Assembly: GCA_046723985.1 (NCBI GenBank)
Contig: JBKOVQ010000161.1
Location: forward strand, 1-26,754
Length of the DNA: 26,754 nt
Reading direction: 5' to 3'
Source: Actinomycetota bacterium
GTDB taxonomy: Bacteria; Actinomycetota; Thermoleophilia; Gaiellales; Gaiellaceae
Positions 8,928-17,231 of this stretch are shown piece by piece; position 1 is the stretch's first letter; each line of letters opens with the position of its first letter. Below the pieces are notes generated by a model, which saw only the letters and a list, made by a program, of their open reading frames with translations, searched no databases and had not been told where the DNA came from. A program made the position numbers and the translations under genes.

Positions 8928-9362
8928 GTGGGTCGGCTCGAGTTGCTCGAGAGCATGTACCGCGCTCACCACGAGGCGCGGCGGCCGAAGGACTCCGTCT
9001 TCTGCGGGCCGGAGCGGCGCGTGCTCTTCCGCGACTGGGTCGGTACCGGTGGACGGGTGCTCGACGTCGGCTGCCGCTACGGGGCGCTCACCCGCTCGTA
9101 CCTCGACGGTAACGAGGTGGTCGGCGTGGACATCGACCGCAGTGCGCTGGAGGAGGCCGCATCGCTCGGGATCGAGCCGGTCTGGACGGACGCCGCGGAG
9201 CCGCTTCCGCTCGACGACGAGAGCTTCGACGTCGTCGTGGTCGGCGAGCTGCTGGAGCACCTTCCGCTCCCGCAGCTGACGGTCTCCGAGGCGAGGCGCG
9301 TGCTTCGCCCGCGCCTGTTCGCGAACGACATCTGCTTCAGGGCGCGGAAGCCGCTGCGCTGA
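8928..9362 (+). pseudogene. Class I SAM-dependent methyltransferase with an apparent in-frame internal deletion (144 aa); possible pseudogene or assembly artefact
   Basis: RVLDVGCRYG, VVGVDID, LPLDDESFDVVVVGELLEHL and EARRVLRP, followed at once by a terminal-looking RLFANDICFRARKPLR. The expected GG-hydrophobic strand and following segment are missing. The GTG at 8928 has GAAGG just upstream. Confidence 0.6.
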
Positions 9363-10056
9363 AGTCGAGCTCGGCCCCGGCGCGGATGCGGTCGAGGCGT
9401 TCTGGACGGCGGCGGCGCCCGATCAGCCGCAACGCCCACTCCAACGCGCGACGGCGTCCCGCATCGAGCAGGTCGGTGTCGTGGAAGTAGACGTGGACGT
9501 ACGCCGGCAAACGCCAGAGTGCGGCGCGCGCCGCCATGCCGAGCGAGTGCGTCGCCGGCAGCTCCGGGAGCGACGCCGTTCCGACCCTGAGCGTCGACGG
9601 CCGGGTCAGTGCGAGCCGCGCCGCGCCGGGCTCGAGGTACGAGGGGCGGAACGCCGTTCCGGTGCAGTCGGCCAGGCCCAGCTCCGCGAGCGCGGCCGCG
9701 ACGCCCTCGTCGATGTACCAGCCGCCGCCAGCAAACAGCCACGGTTCGAGCCCCCGCTCGTCCAGCCAGGCGACCTGCTCGCGCACGAGAGCGGCCGGCT
9801 CGTCACCGGTCGGCCGCGCCTGCTTCGGCCCGCCCCAGTGGGTGTGGAGCCCGAACGGGCCGCGGGCAGCGAGGATCCGCGCCCGGGCGAGCCAGAGCGA
9901 CTCGCTCTCGCCGGACGCGGGATCGGGCGGACGGATCAGCGCCGCGATCTCGAACCCGCCCGGCCGCCGGGCCTGAAGATCGGCGAACGCGTGCCACGCA
10001 CGATCGTCGAGCGGTTGCTCGACATGGCAGGAGACGACGGCACAGGCGTCGGTCAT
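9337..10056 (-). CDS. Hypothetical protein, divergent NodB/CE4-like (WalW/DUF2334-like) deacetylase candidate, 239 aa
   Basis: ATG at 10056. Motifs SCHVEQP, GLHTHW, FAGGGW and VHVYFHDTDL parallel the DVE / HxxxH / F-x-x-G-x-W / YFHPxE motifs of CE4-like folds. The fold call is inference. Confidence 0.55.
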   Translation of the reverse strand: MTDACAVVSCHVEQPLDDRAWHAFADLQARRPGGFEIAALIRPPDPASGESESLWLARARILAARGPFGLHTHWGGPKQARPTGDEPAALVREQVAWLDERGLEPWLFAGGGWYIDEGVAAALAELGLADCTGTAFRPSYLEPGAARLALTRPSTLRVGTASLPELPATHSLGMAARAALWRLPAYVHVYFHDTDLLDAGRRRALEWALRLIGRRRRPERLDRIRAGAELDFSAAASAP

Positions 10057-10065
10057 CTCACCGCC

Positions 10066-10075
10066 ATCGTAGGCT
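10066..10075. promoter_or_regulatory. Overlapping back-to-back -10 elements: TAGGCT (+, 10070-10075) and TACGAT (-, 10071-10066)
   Basis: Each hexamer is exactly 9 nt from its ATG (10085 and 10056) within a 28-nt gap. Confidence 0.65.
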
Positions 10076-10084
10076 GATCGCTCG

Positions 10085-11938
10085 ATGTGCGGGATCTGCG
10101 GGTTGCTCGCGCCGTCCGGCCTGCCGGACCAGGCGCTCGTCGAGCGGATGAACGACGCGCTCGTCCACCGCGGCCCCGACGAGGGATCGGTGGACGCGTT
10201 GGGGCGGTGCGTGCTCGGAAACCGGCGGCTGCGAGTCATCGACCTTGCCACCGGCAGCCAGCCGGTCGCGAACGAGCGCGGGGACGTCACGGCGGTCTTC
10301 AACGGCGAGCTCTACAACTTCCGTGAGCTGCGCCGGCAGCTCACGGGCCACGAGGTCCGCGGTACAGGCGATACGCCGGTGATCCCGCACCTGTACGAGG
10401 AGTCCGGCCCGGAGTTCGTGTCCCGGCTCGAGGGCATGTTCACCGTCGCGCTCTGGGACGCGACCCGCGAGCGGCTCGTGCTCGCCCGCGATCGGGTCGG
10501 CAAGAAACCCCTGCTCTGGACGCGGCTTGCGGACGGGACGATCGCGTTCGCCTCCGAGCTGAAAGCGCTGCTGCACCTGCCGGACCTGCGCCGCGAGGTC
10601 GACCCGCAGGCGCTCGACGCCTACCTGGCGCTTCAGTACGTGCCGTCCGGCACCGCCCTGCTCGGGATCGAGAAGCTCCCGCCCGGCCACGTGCTCGTCG
10701 CCGAGAACGGCTCGGTCCGAGTGGAGGCGTACTGGTCGCTGACGCCGCGGGAGGAGACCCTCGGAGAGGCGGAGTGGCTGGGGCGGGTCCGGGAGACGGT
10801 CGGCGCGGCCGTGCAGCGCCGGCTCGTCGCCGACGTCCCGCTCGGCGCGCTGCTCTCCGGCGGCATCGACTCGAGCATCGTCGTCGCGGAGATGGCGCGG
10901 GCCGGCGGCCACGTGCGCACCTTCACGGTCGGCTTCGGCGACGAGCGCTACGACGAGCGCGCCTCCGCGCGGGCCGTCGCCGACCGGTACGGCACCGAGC
11001 ACGAGGAGATCGTCGTCGAGCCCGACGTGACCGAGCTCCTGCCGCGCCTAGCCCGCTCGTTCGACGAGCCGCTCGGGGACGAAGCGGCGCTGCCCCAGTT
11101 CGTGGTCAGCGAGCTTGCGCGGCAGCGGGTGACCGTCGCGCTGACCGGCGACGGCGGCGACGAGGCGTTCGCGGGGTACGAACGCTATGCGGCGATCGGG
11201 CTGGCCGGGCGAGTTGCGCTGCCCGGGGCAGGAGCCGCGGCGCGGCTGTTCCGCTGGGCGGGCCGCCGAGAGCCGCGCTCGCGGTCGAACCGGGTCGGCC
11301 GCCTGCTCGAGCTGGGCGCGCTGCCCGCGGCGGCCCGGTACGGGCGGCTGATGGAGGTGTTCCCCGCCGAGCTCCGCGCCGAGCTCTGGGAGCCCGATTT
11401 CGTCGCGCGGCCGACACCCGCGTGGGACCTGCTCGGGCCGGCCGAGGAGGGGATCGCGGGTCTGCAACGCCTCGACGTGCGCACCTACCTGCCCGGCGAC
11501 CTCCTGCTGAAGGCGGACATCGCCTCGATGGCGCACTCGCTCGAGCTGCGGTCGCCGCTGCTCGACCACGCGGTCCTCGAGCTGGGCATGTCACTCCCGG
11601 ACTCGCTGAAGATCGAAGGTCGCCGCGGCAAGGTGGCGCTCCGTCGGGCATTCGCAGACGCGCTTCCGCCGGAGGTGGCGCGCCGCGGCAAGACGGGGTT
11701 CGGCGTCCCGATCGCGCGGTGGTTCCGCGGCGAGCTGCATACGCCCGCCCGCGACCTCCTGCTCGGCGAGACCGCACGGGCCCGGGGACAGCTGCGGCCG
11801 CAGGTCGTCGCCCGGCTGCTGGACGAGCACGTGTCCGGCCGCGCAGACCACGCCCACCGGCTCTGGTGCCTGCTGATGCTGGAGCTCTGGCAGCGCGAGC
11901 ACGTCGAGGCCGCCTCGGCCCCCTCGGTCGCTGCGTGA
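10085..11938 (+). CDS. asnB: Asparagine synthase (glutamine-hydrolysing)-family amidotransferase, 617 aa
   Basis: N-terminal MCGICG (Ntn Cys), HRGPD, RRL..IDL..GSQP, FNGELYN, GMF..ALWD, ARDRVGKKPL, LLSGGIDSS, LTGDGGDEAFAGY, SLELRSPLLD, KTGFGVP. Confidence 0.95.
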   Translation: MCGICGLLAPSGLPDQALVERMNDALVHRGPDEGSVDALGRCVLGNRRLRVIDLATGSQPVANERGDVTAVFNGELYNFRELRRQLTGHEVRGTGDTPVIPHLYEESGPEFVSRLEGMFTVALWDATRERLVLARDRVGKKPLLWTRLADGTIAFASELKALLHLPDLRREVDPQALDAYLALQYVPSGTALLGIEKLPPGHVLVAENGSVRVEAYWSLTPREETLGEAEWLGRVRETVGAAVQRRLVADVPLGALLSGGIDSSIVVAEMARAGGHVRTFTVGFGDERYDERASARAVADRYGTEHEEIVVEPDVTELLPRLARSFDEPLGDEAALPQFVVSELARQRVTVALTGDGGDEAFAGYERYAAIGLAGRVALPGAGAAARLFRWAGRREPRSRSNRVGRLLELGALPAAARYGRLMEVFPAELRAELWEPDFVARPTPAWDLLGPAEEGIAGLQRLDVRTYLPGDLLLKADIASMAHSLELRSPLLDHAVLELGMSLPDSLKIEGRRGKVALRRAFADALPPEVARRGKTGFGVPIARWFRGELHTPARDLLLGETARARGQLRPQVVARLLDEHVSGRADHAHRLWCLLMLELWQREHVEAASAPSVAA

Positions 11939-13176
11939 CCAGGCACGCCCGGCTGATCGTCGCCGCCGCGGCGGCGCTGCCGCGGCTGGTCGTGCTCCTA
12001 GTCGAGCGCCGCGACATCCTGACTGCGTTCACCGAGAAGAGCGACGACATCGCGCAGACGTTCGTCAACTCGGGGACGTTCGGCTTCATCCCCATGCACC
12101 CGACCGCCTGGACGCAACCGCTCTACGCCTGGTTCCTGATCCCGATCTACTGGATCTTCGGACGGTCGTGGTGGGCGGTCGGCCTGATCCAGATCGGGGT
12201 TGCGGTCGGGACCGCGCTGCTCGTGTACGAACTGGGGCGGCGCTTCGTGTCCAAGCGCGTGGGCCTCGTCGCTGCAGTCGTCGCGACGCTGAATCCGTAC
12301 CTGGTCTGGCACGACGTCCACGAGAACCGGGAGATCCTCGACCAGTTCCTGACAGTCGCGATCGTGCTGCTCGTGATGATTCTCGCCGGCCGGCGGTCAC
12401 TGTGGCTCTCCGCCGTCCTGGGAGTCACCCTCGGGCTCGCGATCCTCGGGAACACGCGACTCCTCTTTCTGCCGATCCTCTGCTGCGCCTTCGTCGTCGG
12501 CCGTGAGCGCCGTACCTGGGCTGTCGTCGGCGTCGTGCTCGCCGGCTGCGCCCTGGCCCTGCTGCCTTGGATAGTTCGGAACCGCGTCCAGGTCGGGTGC
12601 TTCACGCTGACCACCGATACCCGCGCGCTCTGGAAGGCGAACAACGCGAACACGTACGAGACCCTCGCGCACGGGAAGTGGATCGACGACGTGCCGCCGC
12701 TGCCGAACGAGCCGCCGACCCCCGAGTTCGCCGGCGCGTACTACGAGGTCTACGGCAAGGTGCTCCCCGTGGACGAGTGCGCACGGATGCGGGTCTACCG
12801 GCACCTCGTCTTCGAGTTCTGGCGGGACCACCCGGGCGAGAAGGCGAAGCTGGCAGGCCAGGCGTCGGAGCTGCTCTGGAACCCGCAGGCGTTAAGGACC
12901 GAGGGTCGCGCCGAGTCGGGCGGCGCAGTCGACGCTCTCCGGCGGTGGGCACAGCCCGCGTACTCGATCCCGCTGTTCGTGCTCGGCCTACTCGGCGTGA
13001 GGCTCTTACCCGGGCGGCTGGCGCTGCTCGGAGTAGCGCTCCTCGCGTACCAGACGCTCGTCGCCGTCGGCTTCGCCGGCGCGACCAGGTACCGGGTGCC
13101 GTGGGACTTCCTGATCGCGCTCGCGGCTGCTGCGGCGCTGTGGTGGGCGTTGGACCGGCGGAGGCGGCGCGCATGA
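11935..13176 (+). CDS. ArnT/PMT-like (GT39/GT83-type, GT-C) membrane glycosyltransferase, 413 aa
   Basis: GTGA-coupled to asnB (MTRHARL...). EKSDDIAQTF loop, PLYAWFLIPIYWIFG, LVYELGRRF, ATLNPYLVW, LLPWIVRN and C-terminal ATRYRVPWDF, all typical of ArnT-like proteins. Confidence 0.75.
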   Translation: MTRHARLIVAAAAALPRLVVLLVERRDILTAFTEKSDDIAQTFVNSGTFGFIPMHPTAWTQPLYAWFLIPIYWIFGRSWWAVGLIQIGVAVGTALLVYELGRRFVSKRVGLVAAVVATLNPYLVWHDVHENREILDQFLTVAIVLLVMILAGRRSLWLSAVLGVTLGLAILGNTRLLFLPILCCAFVVGRERRTWAVVGVVLAGCALALLPWIVRNRVQVGCFTLTTDTRALWKANNANTYETLAHGKWIDDVPPLPNEPPTPEFAGAYYEVYGKVLPVDECARMRVYRHLVFEFWRDHPGEKAKLAGQASELLWNPQALRTEGRAESGGAVDALRRWAQPAYSIPLFVLGLLGVRLLPGRLALLGVALLAYQTLVAVGFAGATRYRVPWDFLIALAAAAALWWALDRRRRRA

Positions 13177-14237
13177 CGCGCGTCGTCCATGTCCACCGGA
13201 TCCGCGGTATCGGCGGATCGGAGCGGCACCTATTGACGCTACTGCCGGCGCTGGCGTCAGAGGGAGTCGAACCGGTGTTCCTCGGGCTGGACGACCCGGC
13301 CGGCGAGCTCGAGCCGTTCTACCGCGAGCTGGGCGTCGAGGCCGTGCGGCTGCCGTGCCCGCGGGACGTCGATCCGGGGTTGCTCCGGCGCGTGCGCCGG
13401 GAGCTGGCCCGACTGCGGCCGGACGTCGTCCACACGCACCTCGTGCACGGGGACGTCTACGGGACGCTCGGAGCGGGCAAGGTGCCGGTGGTCTCGAGCA
13501 AGCACAACGACGACCCGTTCCGTCGCGGGCCGTTCCGACACTTAGAGCGCCTGCTGACGCGGCGGGCGGCGCGCCTGATCGCGATCAGCGAGGCGCTGCG
13601 CCGGTTCTGTGTCGACGCGGTCGGGCTGCCGGAGGACAAGGTCGAGGTCGTCCACTACGGGCTCGACGGACTCCCCGCGCCGTGGGGCGAGAGCGGCCGG
13701 GTCGAGCTTCCCGCGGACGCACGCGTCCTGCTCTCCGTCGCGCGGCTCGCGCCGCAGAAGGGTGTCGACGTCGCGGTGCGCGCGCTCGCCCGGGTACGGG
13801 CGGTCGAGCCCCGAGCCGCCATGGTCGTCCTCGGCGAGGGCCCGGAACGGCCCCGGCTCGAGGCCGAGGGCGTCTACCTGCCGGGGCGGGTGGGCGACGT
13901 CGCGCCGTGGTACCGGCGCGCGGAAGCGCTCGTCCACCCGGCGCGGTGGGAGGGGTTCGGGCTCGCGCTGCTCGAGGCGATGCTGGCCGCGAAGCCGGTC
14001 GTTGCGACCCGGGTCAGCGCGGCGCCCGAGATCGTCGCCGACGGCGAGACCGGGCTGCTCGTCCCGCCGGACGACGAGGAGGCGCTGGCGAACGCGGTAC
14101 TAGCACTGCTGGGCGACCCGGCGCGGGCGGCGGCGATGGGCGAGGCCGGTCTCGAGCGGGCGCGGAACGAGTTCTCGGTCGCGAGGATGGCCGGCCGGAC
14201 GGCGGCGGTCTACGCCTCGGTCAGCGCCGAGCGATAG
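13173..14237 (+). CDS. GT4 glycosyltransferase, 354 aa
   Basis: ATGA-coupled. GIGGSERH, PDVVHTHL, VARLAPQKG, PARWEGFGLALLEAM (EX7E), EIVADGETGLLV. Confidence 0.92.
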   Translation: MTRVVHVHRIRGIGGSERHLLTLLPALASEGVEPVFLGLDDPAGELEPFYRELGVEAVRLPCPRDVDPGLLRRVRRELARLRPDVVHTHLVHGDVYGTLGAGKVPVVSSKHNDDPFRRGPFRHLERLLTRRAARLIAISEALRRFCVDAVGLPEDKVEVVHYGLDGLPAPWGESGRVELPADARVLLSVARLAPQKGVDVAVRALARVRAVEPRAAMVVLGEGPERPRLEAEGVYLPGRVGDVAPWYRRAEALVHPARWEGFGLALLEAMLAAKPVVATRVSAAPEIVADGETGLLVPPDDEEALANAVLALLGDPARAAAMGEAGLERARNEFSVARMAGRTAAVYASVSAER

Positions 14238-15316
14238 AGGATCTCGGTCCTGTCGACGCAGCGCTCCTCGAGGAAGTCGCGCAGCGCGCGGTCGCGGCCG
14301 GCCCGGCCCATCTCGGCCGTCCGTTCCAGGTCGCCCGCCAGCCGGACGATCGCCTCCCGCAGGGGCTCGGCCTCGCCGGGAGCGACGAGCAGCCCCGTCT
14401 CGCCGTCGCGGACGAGCTCGCCAAGCCCACCGATCTCGGCGGCGATCACCGGTCGAGCCCGCTCCATCGCCTCGAGGGCGACCATGCCGAAGCCCTCCCC
14501 CATCGACGGGACGACGACGATCGCGGACTGCTCGATCGCCCCCTGGATCGGCGCGACGTAGCCGAGAAAGCGAACACCGTGCGCAACGCCGAGCTCGCGG
14601 ACGAGCGCGCGCAGGGCCGGCTCGAGCGGTCCGCGTCCGGCGATGTCGAGCTCGAGATCGGGGATCTCCTGCTTCGCGGCCGCGAACGCGCGCAGGAGGA
14701 CGATGTGGCCCTTGATCGGGATCAGACGCCCGACGCAGAGGAGCCGCGGCGAACCGCCGGTGTACGGCTTCGGCTCGCCGTTGGGGGTGATCCCGTAGTG
14801 GACGATCTCGAAGCTCCGTTCCTCGAACCCCTCCGTCTCGGCCAGGTAGCGGGCGAGGCCGCGGGAGATCGCGATGTGGACGTGGGCGAGGCTGGCGACG
14901 GTCCGGTCGCCGAGGGCGAACAGCGTCCCTTCGCGGAACTCGTTGAAGCCGTGCTTGGTCGAGAAGCGGACGGGGACGCGCGCGATCAGCCCGGCCATCT
15001 GGCCGTAGGCGTCCGCGTGGACCAGGTGCGTGTGCAGGATGTCCGGCCGGTGGCGGGCGAGGTAGCTGCCGAGCCGGCAGAAGGCGATCGGGTCGACGTC
15101 GGCCCGCAGGGGCATCGTGTCGAGCGGCACGCCCCGTGCCTCGAGCGCCTGGGCGAAGTCCCACGCCCCCGGCTCGTTCTCGTGCAGCATCAGCATCCGC
15201 ACGTCCCAGCCGCGCTCGCGCAGACGCGGCAGCAGCGAGAGCAGATGTGCCTCCGACCCCGAGATGCCGGCGACCTTCTGCAGGTGGAGGACCCGCGGGC
15301 CGTTCACGGAGCTCAT
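14210..15316 (-). CDS. GT4 glycosyltransferase, 368 aa
   Basis: ATGA-coupled start at 15316. GISGSEAH, PDILHTHL, VGRLIPIKG, PSMGEGFGMVALEAM, ELVRDGETGLLV. Confidence 0.92.
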   Translation of the reverse strand: MSSVNGPRVLHLQKVAGISGSEAHLLSLLPRLRERGWDVRMLMLHENEPGAWDFAQALEARGVPLDTMPLRADVDPIAFCRLGSYLARHRPDILHTHLVHADAYGQMAGLIARVPVRFSTKHGFNEFREGTLFALGDRTVASLAHVHIAISRGLARYLAETEGFEERSFEIVHYGITPNGEPKPYTGGSPRLLCVGRLIPIKGHIVLLRAFAAAKQEIPDLELDIAGRGPLEPALRALVRELGVAHGVRFLGYVAPIQGAIEQSAIVVVPSMGEGFGMVALEAMERARPVIAAEIGGLGELVRDGETGLLVAPGEAEPLREAIVRLAGDLERTAEMGRAGRDRALRDFLEERCVDRTEILYRSALTEA

Positions 15317-16353
15317 GTTGCCGCCTCGACGACCGCGTCCGCCCAGGAGTCGACCGAGTGCGAGGCTGCCACGCGCTCCCGGAGAGTGCGGCCCAGCTCC
15401 CGGCGCCGGTCGGCGGGCTCGCCTCCGAGCGTGATCAGCCGGTCGGCGAGGCTGCGTGGATCCTCGCGGTCGAAGCGGAGATCGTCGGGGAGGAGCGAGT
15501 CGAAGGCTGGGTTCGACGCGATCGCCGGAGTGCAGCTCGCGCACGCTTCGTACACGACCTTGTCGGTCGCCCCCGCTCGCATGTTGTTGACGAGGACGTC
15601 AGCCCGCGCGAGCAGCCCCGGCACCTCGCTGCGCAGCACGGCATGGCCCAACTTCACGCGCTTGCCGAGCTCCAGCTCCTCGACCAGCCGCTCGAGCTCG
15701 GCGCGATGCGCCCGCTCCTCCGGGTTCAGCGCCGGGCCGTACACCTCGAGCCGCAGATCGAGGCCTCGGTCGAGCACGAGCCGCGTCGCCCGCACGACGA
15801 CGTCCAGCCCTTTCGCCTGCGAATAGCGGCCGAGCACGAGCGCGCGGAGGCCGGCGTGCGCGGGGGTGCCGTCCACACAGGGGAACTCCGACAGGTCGAT
15901 CCCGTGCCCGATCGCGCGCACCTTCCGGGAGTGGAGAGGAAACGTCCGGCGGTCGACGGTGAGCACGACGTTCGAGGCACGCTCCGCCGCGCGCAACGTC
16001 CGTGAGACGCTCCAGTGCGTGTACCAGAGGAGGACCTTCACTCCCAAGGGCCGTGCGAGCGGCGCCGCCAGCACCAGGTAGATCGGACACATGTGGGCGA
16101 CGAGCCCGGCAGGCTTCGGACGATGGGCGAGCTCTGCCGCCAGGGCGGACTCGAACCGCAGGCCTCTCCCCGCTCGTGAGCGCGCTGCGAAGGGCCGAAC
16201 CCGGCAGTTGTCCGGGAGCACACCGGGCAGGGAGCGGTCGGCCAGGACGACCACCTCGTCGACCCGTTCGGCGAGCGCGCGCAGCATCGGCACCGTCGCC
16301 GCGAGGGCCGGATGGCCCGGGTCGACCTGCTGGGTGACGAAGACGAGCCGCAT
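15313..16353 (-). CDS. GT4-like glycosyltransferase, 346 aa
   Basis: ATG at 16353 overlaps the upstream TGA (TGATG). MRLVFVTQQVD, LVAHMCP, GHGIDL, LGRYSQAKG, GATDKVVYEACASCTP. Confidence 0.85.
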   Translation of the reverse strand: MRLVFVTQQVDPGHPALAATVPMLRALAERVDEVVVLADRSLPGVLPDNCRVRPFAARSRAGRGLRFESALAAELAHRPKPAGLVAHMCPIYLVLAAPLARPLGVKVLLWYTHWSVSRTLRAAERASNVVLTVDRRTFPLHSRKVRAIGHGIDLSEFPCVDGTPAHAGLRALVLGRYSQAKGLDVVVRATRLVLDRGLDLRLEVYGPALNPEERAHRAELERLVEELELGKRVKLGHAVLRSEVPGLLARADVLVNNMRAGATDKVVYEACASCTPAIASNPAFDSLLPDDLRFDREDPRSLADRLITLGGEPADRRRELGRTLRERVAASHSVDSWADAVVEAAT

Positions 16354-17231
16354 CAGTAGTAGTCGGCGTCGCCGAGCGTGAACTGCCAGGCGGCCGGGTC
16401 CGGGTCGAGCGGCCCGTTCAGCCCGCGGCCGATCAGGTGCATCGTCAGGTGCGTCGGGACGAACCCCGCCCGGGCGAAGGCGCCGCCCTGGTCGGGACCG
16501 GGGAGGCCGAACATGAACCGCGACCGGGCGGCGCCCGCGGCGCGCCGGAGCAGGCCGGATACCTCCTTCGGCGGCGCGACCAGGTCGGAGAGCACCGCGA
16601 CCGTCCGCGAGCCGAACGGCTTCGACGGCCAGACGACGGCATACCCGTTGTCGGAGCGGATCGTCGCGTAGGGCCGGGGCGAGTCCTGGTACCGCCACCG
16701 CAGGTACTGCGCGTCGCGGACGATGTGGTTGCGCCAGCCCGCCGCCGCGTCCCCCGCGAGCTCTGGCGTGCCCGCCACGTCGCGGCCTCGCCGGACGACC
16801 GGTCGCGCCCAGATCCGGTAGTGCGCCACGTCCGACCAGCCGAGCCGGTTGAAGAACATCGGGTTGGTCACCTCGTTGCCGAAGCCGAGCACGAGCTCGA
16901 TCCCCTGCTCCTCGGCCGCCTGGTCCAGCGCACGCTGGAGCTCTGTGAAGATCCCTCGCCCGCTCGCTGCGGGCGACGTGACCGCGTGGCACGAGAACGA
17001 GACTCGCCGCTCCCGGCCGCCGACGACCATCCGCGCGAGCATGTGGGCGCCGACGCCGGCGACCTGCCCGTCGACCAGCGCCGTCCGCAGGATGCTCCCC
17101 GCCGGGTTCCGCCCGAACCACCACTCGAACTCGTCCGTGGTCAGCCCGCGATTGCCCCACGCCTCGGCGAGCAGGCGGATGTAGTCGTCGCGGTGGGACG
17201 CGTCGAAGGGTACGAGCTCGAACGAGCTCAC
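16353..17231 (-). CDS. GNAT-family N-acyltransferase, 292 aa
   Basis: GTGA-coupled start (MSSFELVPF). FEWWFGRNP, HAVTSPAASGRGIFTEL and VLGFGNEVTNPMFFNRLGW resemble the GNAT motif A / GF(P)N...LGW pattern. It has a second degenerate domain and a C-terminal LGDADYY. Confidence 0.75.
   Translation of the reverse strand: MSSFELVPFDASHRDDYIRLLAEAWGNRGLTTDEFEWWFGRNPAGSILRTALVDGQVAGVGAHMLARMVVGGRERRVSFSCHAVTSPAASGRGIFTELQRALDQAAEEQGIELVLGFGNEVTNPMFFNRLGWSDVAHYRIWARPVVRRGRDVAGTPELAGDAAAGWRNHIVRDAQYLRWRYQDSPRPYATIRSDNGYAVVWPSKPFGSRTVAVLSDLVAPPKEVSGLLRRAAGAARSRFMFGLPGPDQGGAFARAGFVPTHLTMHLIGRGLNGPLDPDPAAWQFTLGDADYY

Noticed and set aside
7537-9279. 580-aa plus-strand ORF; likewise 17273-18709, 19402-21078 and 22855-24399
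   Set aside because: Each is antisense to a well-supported gene and has no independent coding signal.
10774-11934. N-terminal extensions on supplied ORFs suggesting large fusion proteins (10774-13176, 12567-14237, 15313-17160, 19429-21888, 21853-24408, 23322-25616, 5374-6831)
   Set aside because: The extensions are alternative frames of the neighbouring genes. Family motifs begin at a downstream start that overlaps the previous stop or follows a TANNNT, so these are not fusions or frameshifts.
10085-11938. AsnB as a lasso-peptide cyclase or other RiPP enzyme
   Set aside because: It has an intact N-terminal Cys glutaminase domain, there is no precursor peptide, B-protein or peptidase nearby, and the context is wholly polysaccharide.
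13355-15826. 823-aa plus-strand ORF, the longest in the track
   Set aside because: It is an off-frame overlap of one GT4 and antisense to two others, with low-complexity R/A/G composition and no motifs.
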